A stretch of DNA of 64,000 bases from Octopus sinensis. Lineage: Eukaryota. This document shows, piece by piece, positions 15,601-27,127 of the stretch. The notes under the pieces were generated by a model that saw nothing but the letters and a program-made list of their open reading frames with translations, searched no databases and was not told where the DNA came from. The DNA lies in NCBI RefSeq assembly GCF_006345805.1, contig NC_042998.1, positions 125,426,001 through 125,490,000 of the forward strand, given 5' to 3'. Position 1 is the stretch's first letter. The number at the start of each line of letters is the position of its first letter. A program made the translations under genes and the position numbers.

Positions 15601-18600
15601 TCTAGCTGACCTCGCCTGTACTGGTGCCTCATAAAAAGCACTTAGTCTACTCTGTGGGGTGGTTGGTGTTGGGAACAGCATTCAGCCATAAAAAAAAAAC
15701 CGTGCCAAAACAGACACAGAAGTATGGTAGTCTTCTACCTGGCCAGCTCCTGTCAAACTGTCCAACCCGTGCCAGAATGGAAGGAGGACATTAAATGATG
15801 ATGATGATGCAGAAAGAAATCAACCAGAACTGCTGATCCATTGTATATTTATTGCATGATACTAAATGGTATATGAATAAGAACTTAGCCGTAGACTGAA
15901 CAGATACTAGAACACATACAAGAATATAATACACTATTGGTTTTAGAATGCATGAAGACACTTGTGGTCAATGAGAAGATTAATAGATTGTTTTTCTTTT
16001 AGAAAAGTGATGAGATCATGGGAAAAAAAAGCTAATATGAAAAAAATGAATCATTTGGAAGTGTAAAAATATGGAGGGGTAGATTTTGGGGAGACTTACT
16101 CTCTACATTATTTTTCATATTTGCATTAATTCTTCTGACAAGCATACTGAAAAACTCTGGACTTGCCTATGAACTTCCTAAAACCAGGGTGGAAACGAAA
16201 CCTCTGCTATATATGAATGACCTCATCAAAATGAAAATGATTTGGATTCTCTGGTTCAGACAGTCAGAATATTTAGTAAGGATATTAGTATACAGTTTGG
16301 GGTGAATAAATATGCAGCTTAATTATGAAGAAAGGTCATAATTTGATGGTATAAAGATATAAAATGATATCATTAGATTGCTGAGAGATAGAGTGCTGCA
16401 GGACATTAAGGTAAAGGAAAGAGAAGTAAGAAAGAAATTCTTCATAGAGCTCAAGAGAAGGATTAGGAAGATGCTCAAAACAAAGCAAACCAGAAGTAAT
16501 ACTGACAGGCTCTACTTACTAAAAAGTGAAGCAGGCAGAGGTTTGTTAAATACAGAAGGCACTATCAGTGCTGTGATATTGGGTTTGAAAAACTGATGTA
16601 CATAATGAATGAAGAATATTATCTGCAATCAGAAATATTGACAAATTCCCTGAATCAATGAGAGATTCAAGAAGAGAAAGAATAGAACAAATAACTGGTG
16701 ATAGAAGGAATTACACGACCAATTCATGCAACAAACTGAGGACATGGGAAGTGAAGAATGTCGGCTATTGCTGACAAATGGAAATCTGAAATGAGAATCA
16801 ATTGCTAATTGTGGCTTCTCAAGAACAAAGAATTAGAATTTGCACTGTTTGTTTTAAGTCCTTGCTTTAATAAGTTCACTCCTGTAATTGTCATTCACCA
16901 TCACAGCTTCTGGCTCATACCACTTTTCCATTACTTCAAATCCATAAACAACACAAGTTAAATAAATACAGAATGAGTGGAAAAGGGAATGAAAGTATTA
17001 ACCATCTCCTAAGCAAGTGCATTAAACTAGCACAAAAAGAGTATAAATGCAGGTGTGATTGTGTCAGTAGAATGCATTAGCCAAATTTGTGGATTTGAAG
17101 TAATGGAAAAGTGGTATGAGCCAGAAGCTGTGACAGTGAATAATAATTACAGGATTGAACATATTGAAGCAAGGAGACAAGATATGGTCATAAAGAACAA
17201 AAACCAAACAGTGCAAGAACATAGACTTTTCAATACCATATCAAAGAAATTGAGAAAAATGAGAAACAACAGAACAAAACCAGAGAGATGAAAAGATTAT
17301 TGAAGATAAAAGAAAAAACTATCCTGGTGGTAATTGGTGCACGGAGCACAACACCAAAACTTCTATCTACAAAGTTGAAGGATATTGGAATTGAAACATG
17401 TATTGTTGACTTGCAGAAAAGTGACATCCTGTATTCTACAAGAATCCTAAGAAAGATTCTTGGGATTTGAGAAGACATGTTAACAAATCTCATGATAAAA
17501 ACCATGTCAATTAAATTGGCATGAAATAGCTTTTGAACAACAATAATAATAACCCTTTCTACTAAAGGTACAAGGCTTGTAATTTTGGGGGTGAGGACTA
17601 GTCAATTACATCAACTCCAGTGTTTCACTGGTACTTAATTTATAGACGCCAAAAGGATGGAAGGCTAAGTCAACCTTGGCAGAATTTGAATTCAGAACTT
17701 AAGGACAGATGATATGCTGCTAAGCAGTTTGCCTGGCATGCTAACAATTCTGCCAGTTAGCCACTTTGATAATAATGATGATGATGATAATAACAAGAGC
17801 ACTCAGAGAGCGCAAACCTCCGCCAAGGCAACACCAACATCCTCCTAATGATTAGCCAGAGATGATTTTTAAAATAAGAATATCTGAAATAAACTCGACT
17901 GCTCTCACAAACGAGAATGCTAAAAATGAACCTGACCGCTCTCAAAAATTAAGTAAAAAATCTGCAAAAATAATCCAGAATCCTTGTCCGGAACTGGATC
18001 AATCCCAAAATCTAATCAGTTCGTGCCAGTCATGAAGCCAAACATCCCTGAAAGTTTCATCCAAATCCATCCAGTGGTTCTTGAGATATCTTAAACAAAC
18101 AAATGGCAGAGGTAATAAATGCCCTGATACAATACCAGGCACTGGATTTCATGGCTTCTGATCTTAGCTGATTGGAAGTGCTACCCTGTACATGTTTTGT
18201 CTTGGCGTAAAAAATGGGACACAGCAGATATTCTGCTCAATACCACATATTTGCTAGTCATTTGTTTGACATTAACCAGTTGAGCATGTCCCTTAGTGGC
18301 TGATATGTGCGTCTCTGATCATGAGCAGAAGTAGAGAGAGAGAGAGCATCATAGCCATGTGTTGAGAGGAATTCTTTGAGGTTTTAATAAGTCACCTCTG
18401 GGAACATGAGCATTTCCGTCACCATGCTTAAACAAACCTTATTCAAGAACCCTTTGATCAGGATGGGCTACTCAACATGAAGAAAATTCCAACTGGGCTC
18501 CACCTGCAAGGTCATGCACTGTTTATCTTGATATGAGATCACCATGCCGTGTGCATGTGGTTGTGACGCATGTGCCTGATGTACCCTTATCAGTTAGGTA

Positions 18601-21600
18601 GTCGTGATGGGTATATTGGGCTTCGTATATTTGTACCCCAGTGTCACTTTGATGGCATGCGCTGCTCTCCCACTCAATAATAATAATTAATTCTTTTATT
18701 GGCCACAGTTTCTAATTTAAGCACAAAGCCAGCAATTTTAAGGGGAGGGTGTTAGGTCATTGGCTCCAGTATTGACCAGTACCTTATTTTATTGACCCAC
18801 AAGGATGAAAAGCAAAGTCAAGTTTGGCCAGATTTGTACTCAGAATGTAAAGAAGTAGAACAAATAACACAAGATATTCTTCCAATGCTCCAGCAATTCT
18901 GCCTATATATTATCATAATAATAATTATTTCTGATTAAGACACAAAACCTAAAATCTCAGGGGAGAGAATATGTCACTTAATCAATTCCAGTACTTGACT
19001 GGTACTCTATTTCATCAAAACTGGAAGGGTGAAAGGAAACATTGACTTCAGCAGGATTTGAACTCAGAACAATGAGACACTGGACTAAGTAATAATACAA
19101 TGTTTACATCAATATCACGTATAAACATAACAGACACTCAATAATGATGTAACACATCTACAATACAACAATAAGAACAGTAACATAAGAAATTACAAGA
19201 TTGACTATATTGAAGCACAAACATATTCACATAAGCTATAGTCTCTTCAACAGAAGAGAGCAGTGATTGGCATTATCAAAGTAACCAGTGAAACAACACT
19301 ATCAAATGTCTGAATCAATAAATTCAACCAACCAAACAGTTTTATCCATTCACTAATAAAGGTCAATTTTTGTTAGTATGGAAAACAGATATAGACATGG
19401 CTCTGTAATAAGCTTACTTCCCAACTACATAGTTCTATATTCAGTCTCATTGCATGGCACCTGGGCAAGTATGTTCTATTACAGCCTCAGGTTGACCAAA
19501 GTGTTATATGTAGATTTGGTAGGCAGAAACTGAAAGCCCATTATATATGTCTGTGTGTCTGTATTTGTCCCCTACCAGTGCTTGACAATCAGGACAACCA
19601 CTGTTGGTGTGTTTACACCAAGTTAATGGTTCGGCAAAAGAGACCAATAGAATAAGTACCAAGCTTTAAAAAAATAAAGTACTAGGGTCAATTCATTCGA
19701 CAAAAAATTCTTCAAGATGTTGCCCTTGCATACTGACAGTCTAATAATTGAAACAAGTAAAAGATAACCAAATTTTAAAATACATATATGAAAATGAAAA
19801 GAAAAACCTGGTATTTTCTTGTAGAATGGGCATCGACTAACATAAAATTTTCTCTCCTGATAGTTTTCGCTGACTGGTAGTGTTGGTAATGATGATGATG
19901 TTGGGGTTGAACTTTCTGTAGTAACAGCCTGTTGTTTTACAGGTGGTTTGTGAAATAACTGCTTGAATTGGTCAAGGGATAGAGCAGTTTTTGATACTTC
20001 TTCCTTTGGGGAAGAACAAGAAAGGGATTTTTTAACTGTTGTGTCATCTGTTACCAGAAAAGATTCATTAACTGAAGACTTATTGACTGTTCTTGAACAA
20101 GTTGTTTGAAATGGAACTGACACGGATTTGCTAATTTCCTTAGAAGAAATATTAGACTGAAAAAATGACATGAGGGAAGTTTGGTTATACTGACTAGTTT
20201 TCGTAGATTTATTCTTCAAATTAGTTTGCTTTGAAGTTGAACAAAGTTTTCTTGGTGAGCAGAAATTTGCTTTCTGTAATTTACTTTTAGATGTTACCCT
20301 CTTCTGAAAGACCAAAGGTTTTTTCTTTAGAGGTGTTTTATTACTAGCATTAACAACCTGGGAGAATATTTTGTCATTATCTTTTAAAGAAGAAAATTCA
20401 TTTACTTTCTGTGATTTTGTCAGAGTCTCACATGTCACTCCAGAATCAGAAAAAGGAAGATTTGTGTCAACATCTTTAACAGGAGATGAAGATAAAGAAA
20501 TGTTATAGAAATCATCTTCCTGGATATCAAAAGTTATAGTAGAAGTACTGGAATATGGTGAGTCAGGAACTGACATTGGGGAAACAAAATCACTATCTTC
20601 ATATGATTCAGTAGTGTCAGATGAACAATGTGCAGAAAATGCAGACGTTGAAAGTTTGTCTTCTGTTGGTGTAAACAATTCTTGAGTTTCTGCAATATCT
20701 GAAATGGCTGGTGAGGAAGGTTTTGAAACACTCTTATTGTCATCTGACAAAAATAATTGTCTTTTGCTGGGTTCTCCCAACTCTTTCCTTCTTAATGAGT
20801 TAGATACATTTCCCAATGAAATGCCACTGCCAACTGCTTGAGGAGAACAAACGGTATTTTTTTCAACTTGATATGTTAAATTTTTTTCACTGTCCAGTGC
20901 ATTCAATAGCTTTGATGAAGTGTTAAGATGCTTCTGAACTGTATGAGGTGACAAGTTATCACAGTGAAAATAAGGTAGAGTTTTAGTCACAGAACTACAT
21001 GAAGGAGATTTTAATAAAGGTTTTATAGGTGTAATCTGTTTGGAAGTGTTATAACTATGTGATTTTGGAGGTGTAATAATCAATTTTTGATTTTCAATTG
21101 ATAATGTTGCTTGCGTTGACAGGGACAGTGAAGACAATTTCTTCCTAACTTTAGGTGTAGATTTAAATTTACTTGGTGATTTCTTGAAAGACTTAGAATT
21201 ATTTTGATTTTTAATTTTGCTATTGTTAAATATTTGACTAAGGCTGATGGGTTTTTTAACCGGTGTGGAAAAATTACTTGATCCTCTGAAATGGTCAAAG
21301 GTACAGTCATACTCATCATCTATAAAATATAGAAAAGAAAAAAAAAAAGATTAATACATCTACAATAGAGAATTTCATTCAGTTCTTTTCCACAACAAAA
21401 TAATTTCTTAAAAGCAAACTTTTATTGCATAGGCAAAGAAAGGCATCGTTGAGTGGCTAAAAATTCGTTTTGCAACGGGGTTTCAAGATCAGTCACACTG
21501 AGCAGTACTTTGTCTTCTACAGAGCCTTGTAAGTAGGTTTGGCAAACCAAATCTGAAAAAACAGAAAAATGTAACGTGGTGGCTTCATGCGATGGGGATG

Positions 21601-24600
21601 CTCGAGTTTTGTTGTACTGTCATCAAGATGCTGCAAAAGCATACGATACATGAAGACGACAAGGATGACTTATTTTATCAAAGTTAGGTTAATGAAAAAT
21701 AGTTAATATTTTCTTTGTTCTGAACACTAACACATATTGTAACAGAACATTTTCAAATGTTGCACTGAATAAATTTATCTTTTGTATTCATTTTATTCTT
21801 TGCCATGCTGTAAATTTGGAAATTCATATATTTTCTTTTTTAAAATTTCTTTTAAAGTTGGGCTTTTCAACATGTGTGTGCCCCCATCCCTACCCCACTA
21901 ACTTTGTTGTCTCACTTCCAGAAAATGGATATTTAAAAGATTTTTTACATACACGCTTCAGATGATATCGGAATATGTGGTGAAAAAATTTTTTCTGAAG
22001 GTGGGGTGCGGAGTTTCTGAAAATTCACACAAGTCGGTTTTGTTTCTTCATAACTTTTAGAAAAATTGGTAATTTTTTAATGAAATTTTCTGTAGATACC
22101 TTTCAGAGTGAGTAGATAACAATTATATCGTAATGTAACATGAAAATATAAATTTAATGGGCACGTACGCATACTTGCTGACACGTCACATATGTATATC
22201 TACATGAAATTTCTTAAAAATAGCAACAAAATTCAGGGTTAATGTTTACTTTAACTCCCAGACACCAAAACAAATAAAAACAAGTGTAATAGGGTACTTT
22301 TTGGTTGTCTCACCTCCATTAAAAAATTGGATTACCTCCCCACTAAAAAATTGAGTTTATGTGGTGACAAGAGATTGGGTTAAAAGGGTTAGATCCTTTT
22401 GACTCAATACTTCAACACATTGTTGACTTTGGGCCTCCTCAATAGGCATAGTAGTTATCAGATTCAATAAGATGTTTAATTTTTTCAGTTTTCATGTTGA
22501 TTAATTTTTTTCAGTTTTGTGTGAATTGTTATAAAAATATTATCTAATTCAATAAGTTCTTTACACTTCTCATGTTTATTAATTTTTTTCATTTTTGTTT
22601 TATTGAGGTTAAACAATTTTTTTTAGTTAGGGGATCACCCAATTTTTTAATGGGGGTGAGATAACCAAAAAGTACCTGTAATAGGTGTAAAAAATGTATT
22701 AAACAAATATGAAAACAAAAATTGGCACCAACGAACAGGGGGTGGGGAGAGGAGGGTAATTGTGCAGTTTAGGAATATTAAACACGTAAATAAGTCAACA
22801 TAAATACTGGATATTATTTACTTTGGAATGGATCAGAAATACCTTTTAAACAGCATAGATTACAATTATAAAGAAATTTGTGGAGAAAATTTTTGAGGAC
22901 TTTCACAGAGAAAGAAATTCATAAATTATTTTGCTTGAATGTCATAGAAAAAGTTTGAAAAAAAATTGGTATTCTAATTTTTCACGGAAATTCACGAACA
23001 ATCATATGATCCCATATGATCGAATTTGACAACTATGCTGTTTGTAATGAAAGAATACCCAAAAAGTTTTAGATTCATTTATTTTTAGTTTGATTAATAA
23101 AAAAAGGTTTTAAAAAAAATCCCATGCATCACGGTGAGAGAAACAAATTCTCAAATTTCTTTATAATCTATGCTGTTTGAAAGGTATTTATCCAAAATTT
23201 CATTAAAAGATATCCATTTTCCTAAAAGTTATGAGGGAAAAAATCAGATCTTGTGATTTTTCCAAAAGTTCTCTCCTCACCTCCCAGTTCGGTGGCATAA
23301 ATTTTTGTTTTCATATTCTCCGACTTTACTGGTGATGTCGAGTCCCCGTATTTTGTAGCATATTATTCCATGGTCAACCTTGTCAAATGCTTTCGCAAAG
23401 TCGGGGTATACCACATCCACCTTTGAGCAGTTCATTAGTTGCTTCAGTACCCAGTCATAGTGTCGCAGAAGCTGTGTAAGACAGCTCCTTCCTGGGCGAA
23501 AGCCATGTTGGGTGTCAGAGAGCAGGTCATTGTCCTCAAGGAACTCAATCAGTCTTTTCCTGACAATGCGCTCCATGACTTTACTGACATGGGAGGTCAG
23601 AGAAACAGGTCTCTGCCCTGCTTCCTCCCTTATGGATAGGGCATATTATTCCCTCTTTTAGCTTTTTGGAGAGTTTCCCCATCCTGAGGAACTCCTGGAA
23701 AAGGATTTGAAGCGGTCTAGCTAGAGCTCTTTTACATTTCTTTAGGAGATTTGCAGGGAGTCCATCAGGGCCCGTAGCCGAGTTCGAACTCAGCTCTTCA
23801 ATGGCTGATATCACATCAGTTTCCTCTATGTTGATGTTATCAATAGTTGCCATTTCACAATGCGTGTCTCTGGAGTCAAAGAACCTATCCAGCACAGTCA
23901 CTTGTAGCTTCCCCAGCGGTATGTTGAAAGCACTCTTGTATTGTACATTCAGTAATTCACTGATCCTCTGGGGTCCACAGTTGGTGAGCCATTTTCATTT
24001 AGTAGCTGTCCTATTTTGTAACGCATTGAAGCAGATTCTTTCACATATCTATAGAAGGCCTTAGGGTCTGCTTTAATGTTTTTGATAGCCCTGGCTTCCT
24101 TTTCTGCCCTTTCCTTTTCGTGTTTGAGTGTGTTTTCAATCTCAAGCAAGGTGCATTCGAGGTGGAGTCATTTGAAATCTTTTAGCTGTCCATTTAGACA
24201 GCTTGAGATTTTTGCTCTTCATCTCATTAGTACCCTCTTATCTTTGGGTATTATATTTTTCTTCGCTCATTGATTTGGTGTTCTTTTTGGGGTAAACTTA
24301 CTGCAGATATCATATATGGTTGCCATGGACCAGTTACATTTCAGGACCTCTTTCTCAATGCCCTTCCAGTCAGCTTTGTGAAAATTCAGGCTAGAGATGA
24401 GATGAGCATTTCTAGTATTTCGTATGTCCATGGTCTTTTGTAGTCCATACATCACTAGTTCTATTAAATTATGGTCCGAAAAAAGCATCGGTGTCACTTT
24501 CACGTCATGTATGAGTGCCTAGCTGTTTGTGAAACATAGGTCCAGGATATTCTTTCCACTTGTGGGGTAATGCACCATCTGCTCCATAAAGAGTGCGTCA

Positions 24601-26918
24601 GTGAAGTCAAGCAATGACTCTGCCTGCTTCTGATTTTGAAGTGACATACTTGAAAGGGGACAACCCTCTGACCATTTTACATGAGGGAGATTGAAATCCC
24701 CTAAGAGAAGTATGTGCAGATCATTGTCGAGGTTCATCAAAACATCTCTCATTTTTTGAAGGCACTCTTCAAATGAGTTCTCATGATCTGGCGCATATGG
24801 TGGGCGTGGTACATATTACCAACCTCATCTATTTAATATGTACTACTAGAGCATCACATACAGTGTTGGAGTGCGACAAGAGTACCATGGGCATGACATC
24901 ATCTCGGATGTACATTGCCACTCCTCCATGAGACCTTTCTCATCTGTTGGTTTGTAGCATGACACACCCTGGTATGTGTATCGCGGCGACCGATACACCC
25001 ACATTTAGTTGTGTTTCTGTTAGTGACACGCATATTGTTTGATTACATGTCACAAGGTCTCTCATTGTGTTTTACGTTGGTGGAGTGTTATAAGGCCTCT
25101 GATGTTCAGAGAGAATATTGGCGTGAGTAGCAGGGCGTCAGTGGTGTTTATGGGTCTGGCATGGGCAAGACTTCTGCCCGTCCCCGCCCCAAAAAACCAC
25201 TCTTTTTTACAACTTTTTTTTTTCGATACAAACCCCACTTTTCAGCTCCGGGGAATACGAATCTGCAAAAAAATTGGCAAAAATCGACATTTCTAAATTA
25301 CCACCTTCATTTTTACCTTTTTTTCAGAATTATTTTTTCTCAAAATATGTGGAAAAATACGCAGATTATAATTCTGAAAAAAATTTCCAAAAATCTTTGT
25401 AAAATTTTTAAAATTTTTCTTTTCTAAATATGCGGAAAATATGGACATCAGGATTCAGACAAAAATTTCAAAACATTTCTGTATTTACAGTTACGGTTTT
25501 AGGGTTAGTGTTACGATTTTAGGGTTAGGGTTACGTTTACGGTTTTAGGGTTAGGGTTAGTGTTGCGGAAAAAAGTTAAAATTGAAATTGGGGGGGTGGG
25601 GGGGAATTTTCACACTGCCGATTTTTGGCAATTTTCTGGAACCTCCGTATCGGAAAACGGGGATTTTTGGCAAAAAAAATAATAAACAAATTTGGAAGAA
25701 AATGAGGAGGGGGCGGGCAGAAGTCTTTCCCCGGCATGCGTGGAGGTGTCAGGTGTGGCCACCCCGGTTCCTTTGTTGTTTGAGGTGGACGCAGGTATTG
25801 GTATGTACCTTGCATGTCGGGTGTCTGGTGAAGCCAGGTCAGCTGTTCCACAATTTTCTGCGCATCTTCCAAAAAAGTCCGCTGTTGAGCGGCTGCCAAC
25901 TGCACTGCATCAGTTATCTGTCTCCCTCTAGGAGTTTTGCGCTTATTGTCAACATACTTCCATGGCGGTGGTATCGTATCGCGAGTCTTGCTATTGCGTT
26001 TTTTGTCTTGTGGTGATCTGATCTGCCTGGCCTTCGGGTGATTAGGATGAGGGCTGCGTGCCTGGGGCTTGGGATATACACTCTTTTACACCTATTACAC
26101 TTTTTTGTCGTTGTTTTGGTGACGGGTAGTTCAGCATTAACCAAATTCGGTAGTAGGGGAATACAAGGGTTCAGAATTATTGACTTAACGATACAAGGGG
26201 TCCGACAATATCCTCTGTGAATTCTTAATTGTTTTTAATCTAGTTTTTTTACAAAATTCACTATATTTGTTCATTGGTACTACTTAAGAAGAGTGGTCCC
26301 GGTGCGCGCACTCGCGTGTCCGTGCTAGGTAGTCGTGACTAGTCGATCCTTACTTTGTGTTTTATTTACTTTCTTTTAAAAAAATTATTTATTTGTGTTT
26401 TATTTACTTTGCTAGGTAGTCGTAGGATCGACTAGCTAGCGCGAGTGCGCGCACCGGTACCACTCTTCTTAAGTAGTACCTGTTCATTTTCTTGTAATAT
26501 ATGATAAAAATAATTATAAAACAATAAACTAAATACGTTTCGTAATTTTTTCTTTTTTTTTTTAGTTTGAGCCCCATGTATTAAGTCAACATTTCAGGGC
26601 CCTTGTATCCCTTAAAAAAATACACATAGTAATGTTCGTAGATATCCAAAAAGGGTTAAACAACTGATGTTTACCTGATACTTTGCAAGACTCATTCTTC
26701 GTGAAACTTTCTGCTTCAATTTTTACAATACCTTTCTTTTCTTTTTTAATTCCGAAGCTGGATGTTTCAAGTTTCGGGCCTAAATAATTAGCAGTTTTCC
26801 CTTTATTTTGAGAACAAGAATATGTTTCATTGTTAACGCTTGAATGCAACAACTTCGTTTTCAGTCGACGTAGCGGTGTAAAGTTCCAAAGATCGTCATT
26901 GTCGCTTTCTTTTGACAT
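5678..26918 (-). CDS. DCLRE1A: DNA cross-link repair 1A (SNM1A) nuclease, MBL/beta-CASP family; whole spliced CDS, 9 coding exons, 918 aa
   Basis: Hand-assembled exons: 26918-26675, 21319-19808, 15267-15134, 13967-13849, 11837-11685, 9312-9167, 7697-7543, 6646-6505, 5829-5678. They total 2757 nt, all introns are GT-AG, and all phases match. Motifs: [67 protein letters not shown]. Confidence 0.96.
6505..6646 (-). CDS. DCLRE1A: DCLRE1A coding exon 8 (NLNEHLKRY...KPTGWTH...ITIYG)
   Basis: Acceptor ttcaag|, donor |gtaagt; KPTGW motif. Confidence 0.96.
7069..7400 (-). mobile_element. SINE of the (GAT)n-tailed family, partial
   Basis: gatggctgcaccaggttccaatcttgatctggcagagtttctacagctggatgccc, near-identical to the 53.6 kb copy in reverse. 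Confidence 0.85.
7543..7697 (-). CDS. DCLRE1A: DCLRE1A coding exon 7 ([10 protein letters not shown]...[12 protein letters not shown])
   Basis: Acceptor attcag|, donor |gtaaat; phase 1 to 0. Confidence 0.95.
8399..8650 (-). mobile_element. SINE of the (GAT)n-tailed family
   Basis: Same core sequence as the 13177 copy. Confidence 0.85.
9167..9312 (-). CDS. DCLRE1A: DCLRE1A coding exon 6 ([14 protein letters not shown]...[12 protein letters not shown])
   Basis: Acceptor ttgcag|, donor |gtaatt; start of the beta-CASP domain. Confidence 0.97.
9600..10200 (+). mobile_element. Decayed RTE-type LINE 3' fragment
   Basis: [18 protein letters not shown] and a later L.WYGH-like segment, with frameshifts. 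Confidence 0.7.
11685..11837 (-). CDS. DCLRE1A: DCLRE1A coding exon 5 (CPGSVLILF...HTGDFRA...LYLDTT)
   Basis: Acceptor tttcaag|, donor |gtaagt; HTGDFR motif. Confidence 0.97.
12597..12646. repeat. (TA)n microsatellite; other (TA)n runs at about 3522, 11337, 45619 and 46254
   Basis: Read directly from the sequence. Confidence 0.95.
13177..13515 (-). mobile_element. SINE of the (GAT)n-tailed family
   Basis: catcatcatcatttaacgtccgctttccatg...gatgcccttcc core. Confidence 0.85.
13849..13967 (-). CDS. DCLRE1A: DCLRE1A coding exon 4 ([11 protein letters not shown]...VTLMDANH)
   Basis: Acceptor ttttag|, donor |gtaagt; phase 0 to 2. Confidence 0.96.
15134..15267 (-). CDS. DCLRE1A: DCLRE1A coding exon 3 ([12 protein letters not shown]...[10 protein letters not shown]...LYCSE)
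   Basis: Acceptor tttcag|, donor |gtaaga; contains the MBL metal-binding HxHxDH motif. Confidence 0.97.
15470..15810 (+). mobile_element. SINE of the (GAT)n-tailed family, diverged
   Basis: Ends ccaacccgtgccagaatggaaggaggacattaaatgatgatgatg. Confidence 0.75.
16150..17480 (+). mobile_element. Decayed R4/Dong-type LINE 3' part (RT end plus restriction-like endonuclease)
   Basis: [19 protein letters not shown] (RPD-type motif), [31 protein letters not shown]; many stops. Confidence 0.7.
17548..17760 (-). mobile_element. tRNA-derived SINE, (ATT)n-tailed family
   Basis: aataataaccctttctactaaaggtacaagg...aaggatggaaggctaagtcaacc...gaatttgaattcag; relatives at about 18683-18905, 18950-19080 and 43225-43440. 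Confidence 0.75.
17790..18120. mobile_element. Non-autonomous Helentron/HINE-like element
   Basis: Starts TAACAAGAGCACTCAGAGAGCGCAAACCTCCGCCAAGG and ends with the degenerate sub-terminal inverted motif TGGCAGAGGTAA. Confidence 0.35.
19808..21319 (-). CDS. DCLRE1A: DCLRE1A coding exon 2 (1512 nt, Ser/Lys-rich region with PIP box QTSLMSFF, ending [10 protein letters not shown])
   Basis: Acceptor tttatag| at 21320. The phase-1 frame DDEYDCTF... runs open into the ORF-track ORF 19623..21137 and ends at the conserved KKIPG with donor CAG|gttttt. Confidence 0.93.
22293..22676. mobile_element. Merlin-like MITE, second family (GGTAC ends, about 40-bp TIR, 8-bp TSD tgtaatag)
   Basis: GGTACTTTTTGGTTGTCTCACCTCCATTAAAAAATTGG ... 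CCAATTTTTTAATGGGGGTGAGATAACCAAAAAGTACC; TSD at 22285-22292 and 22677-22684. Confidence 0.8.
23277..26220 (-). mobile_element. Decayed CR1/L2-like LINE (5' region, APE endonuclease, partial RT) in the DCLRE1A intron after coding exon 1; interrupted by a MITE
   Basis: Fragments [64 protein letters not shown] across several frames. Confidence 0.9.
25164..25732. mobile_element. Non-autonomous TIR element with an internal TTAGGG-rich array, inserted in the LINE
   Basis: GGCAAGACTTCTGCCCG ... CGGGCAGAAGTCTTTCC; ggcatg duplicated at 25158-25163 and 25733-25738. Confidence 0.7.
26276..26480. mobile_element. Merlin-like MITE, copy A (about 40-bp TIR, GGTAC ends, 8-bp TSD tgttcatt)
   Basis: GGTACTACTTAAGAAGAGTGGTCCCGGTGCGCGCACTCGCG is inverted at the other end; TSD at 26268-26275 and 26481-26488. 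Confidence 0.85.
26675..26918 (-). CDS. DCLRE1A: DCLRE1A coding exon 1 ([18 protein letters not shown]...CKVS)
   Basis: ATG at 26918; donor CAG|gtaaac, phase 1; the acidic-DDLW start resembles the vertebrate SNM1A N-terminus (EEDIWEY). Confidence 0.85.
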
Positions 26919-27092
26919 AATTCACCCGACACGTTACATAACATCTTCCTAAGGAACAACTTATGTCACCATTATAAGAGAAAAACGAACAATTTTCATA
27001 ATTTAATGAAAGATGCGCCAAAATTCGGATAAAGCTATTTACCCATAACGTCTCTTAGTTTCGTAAATTTACACTTACACACACATATACCT

Positions 27093-27094
<2 letters not shown>

Positions 27095-27127
<33 letters not shown>

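Noticed and set aside
21080-21319. ORF-track 79-aa ORF (MMSMTVPL...) at the start of DCLRE1A exon 2
   Set aside because: Wrong frame; the phase-1 splice from exon 1 gives DDEYDC..., continuous with the long exon.
25491-25565. True telomere or chromosome-fusion scar
   Set aside because: Short, degenerate, and enclosed within a TIR/TSD-bounded element.
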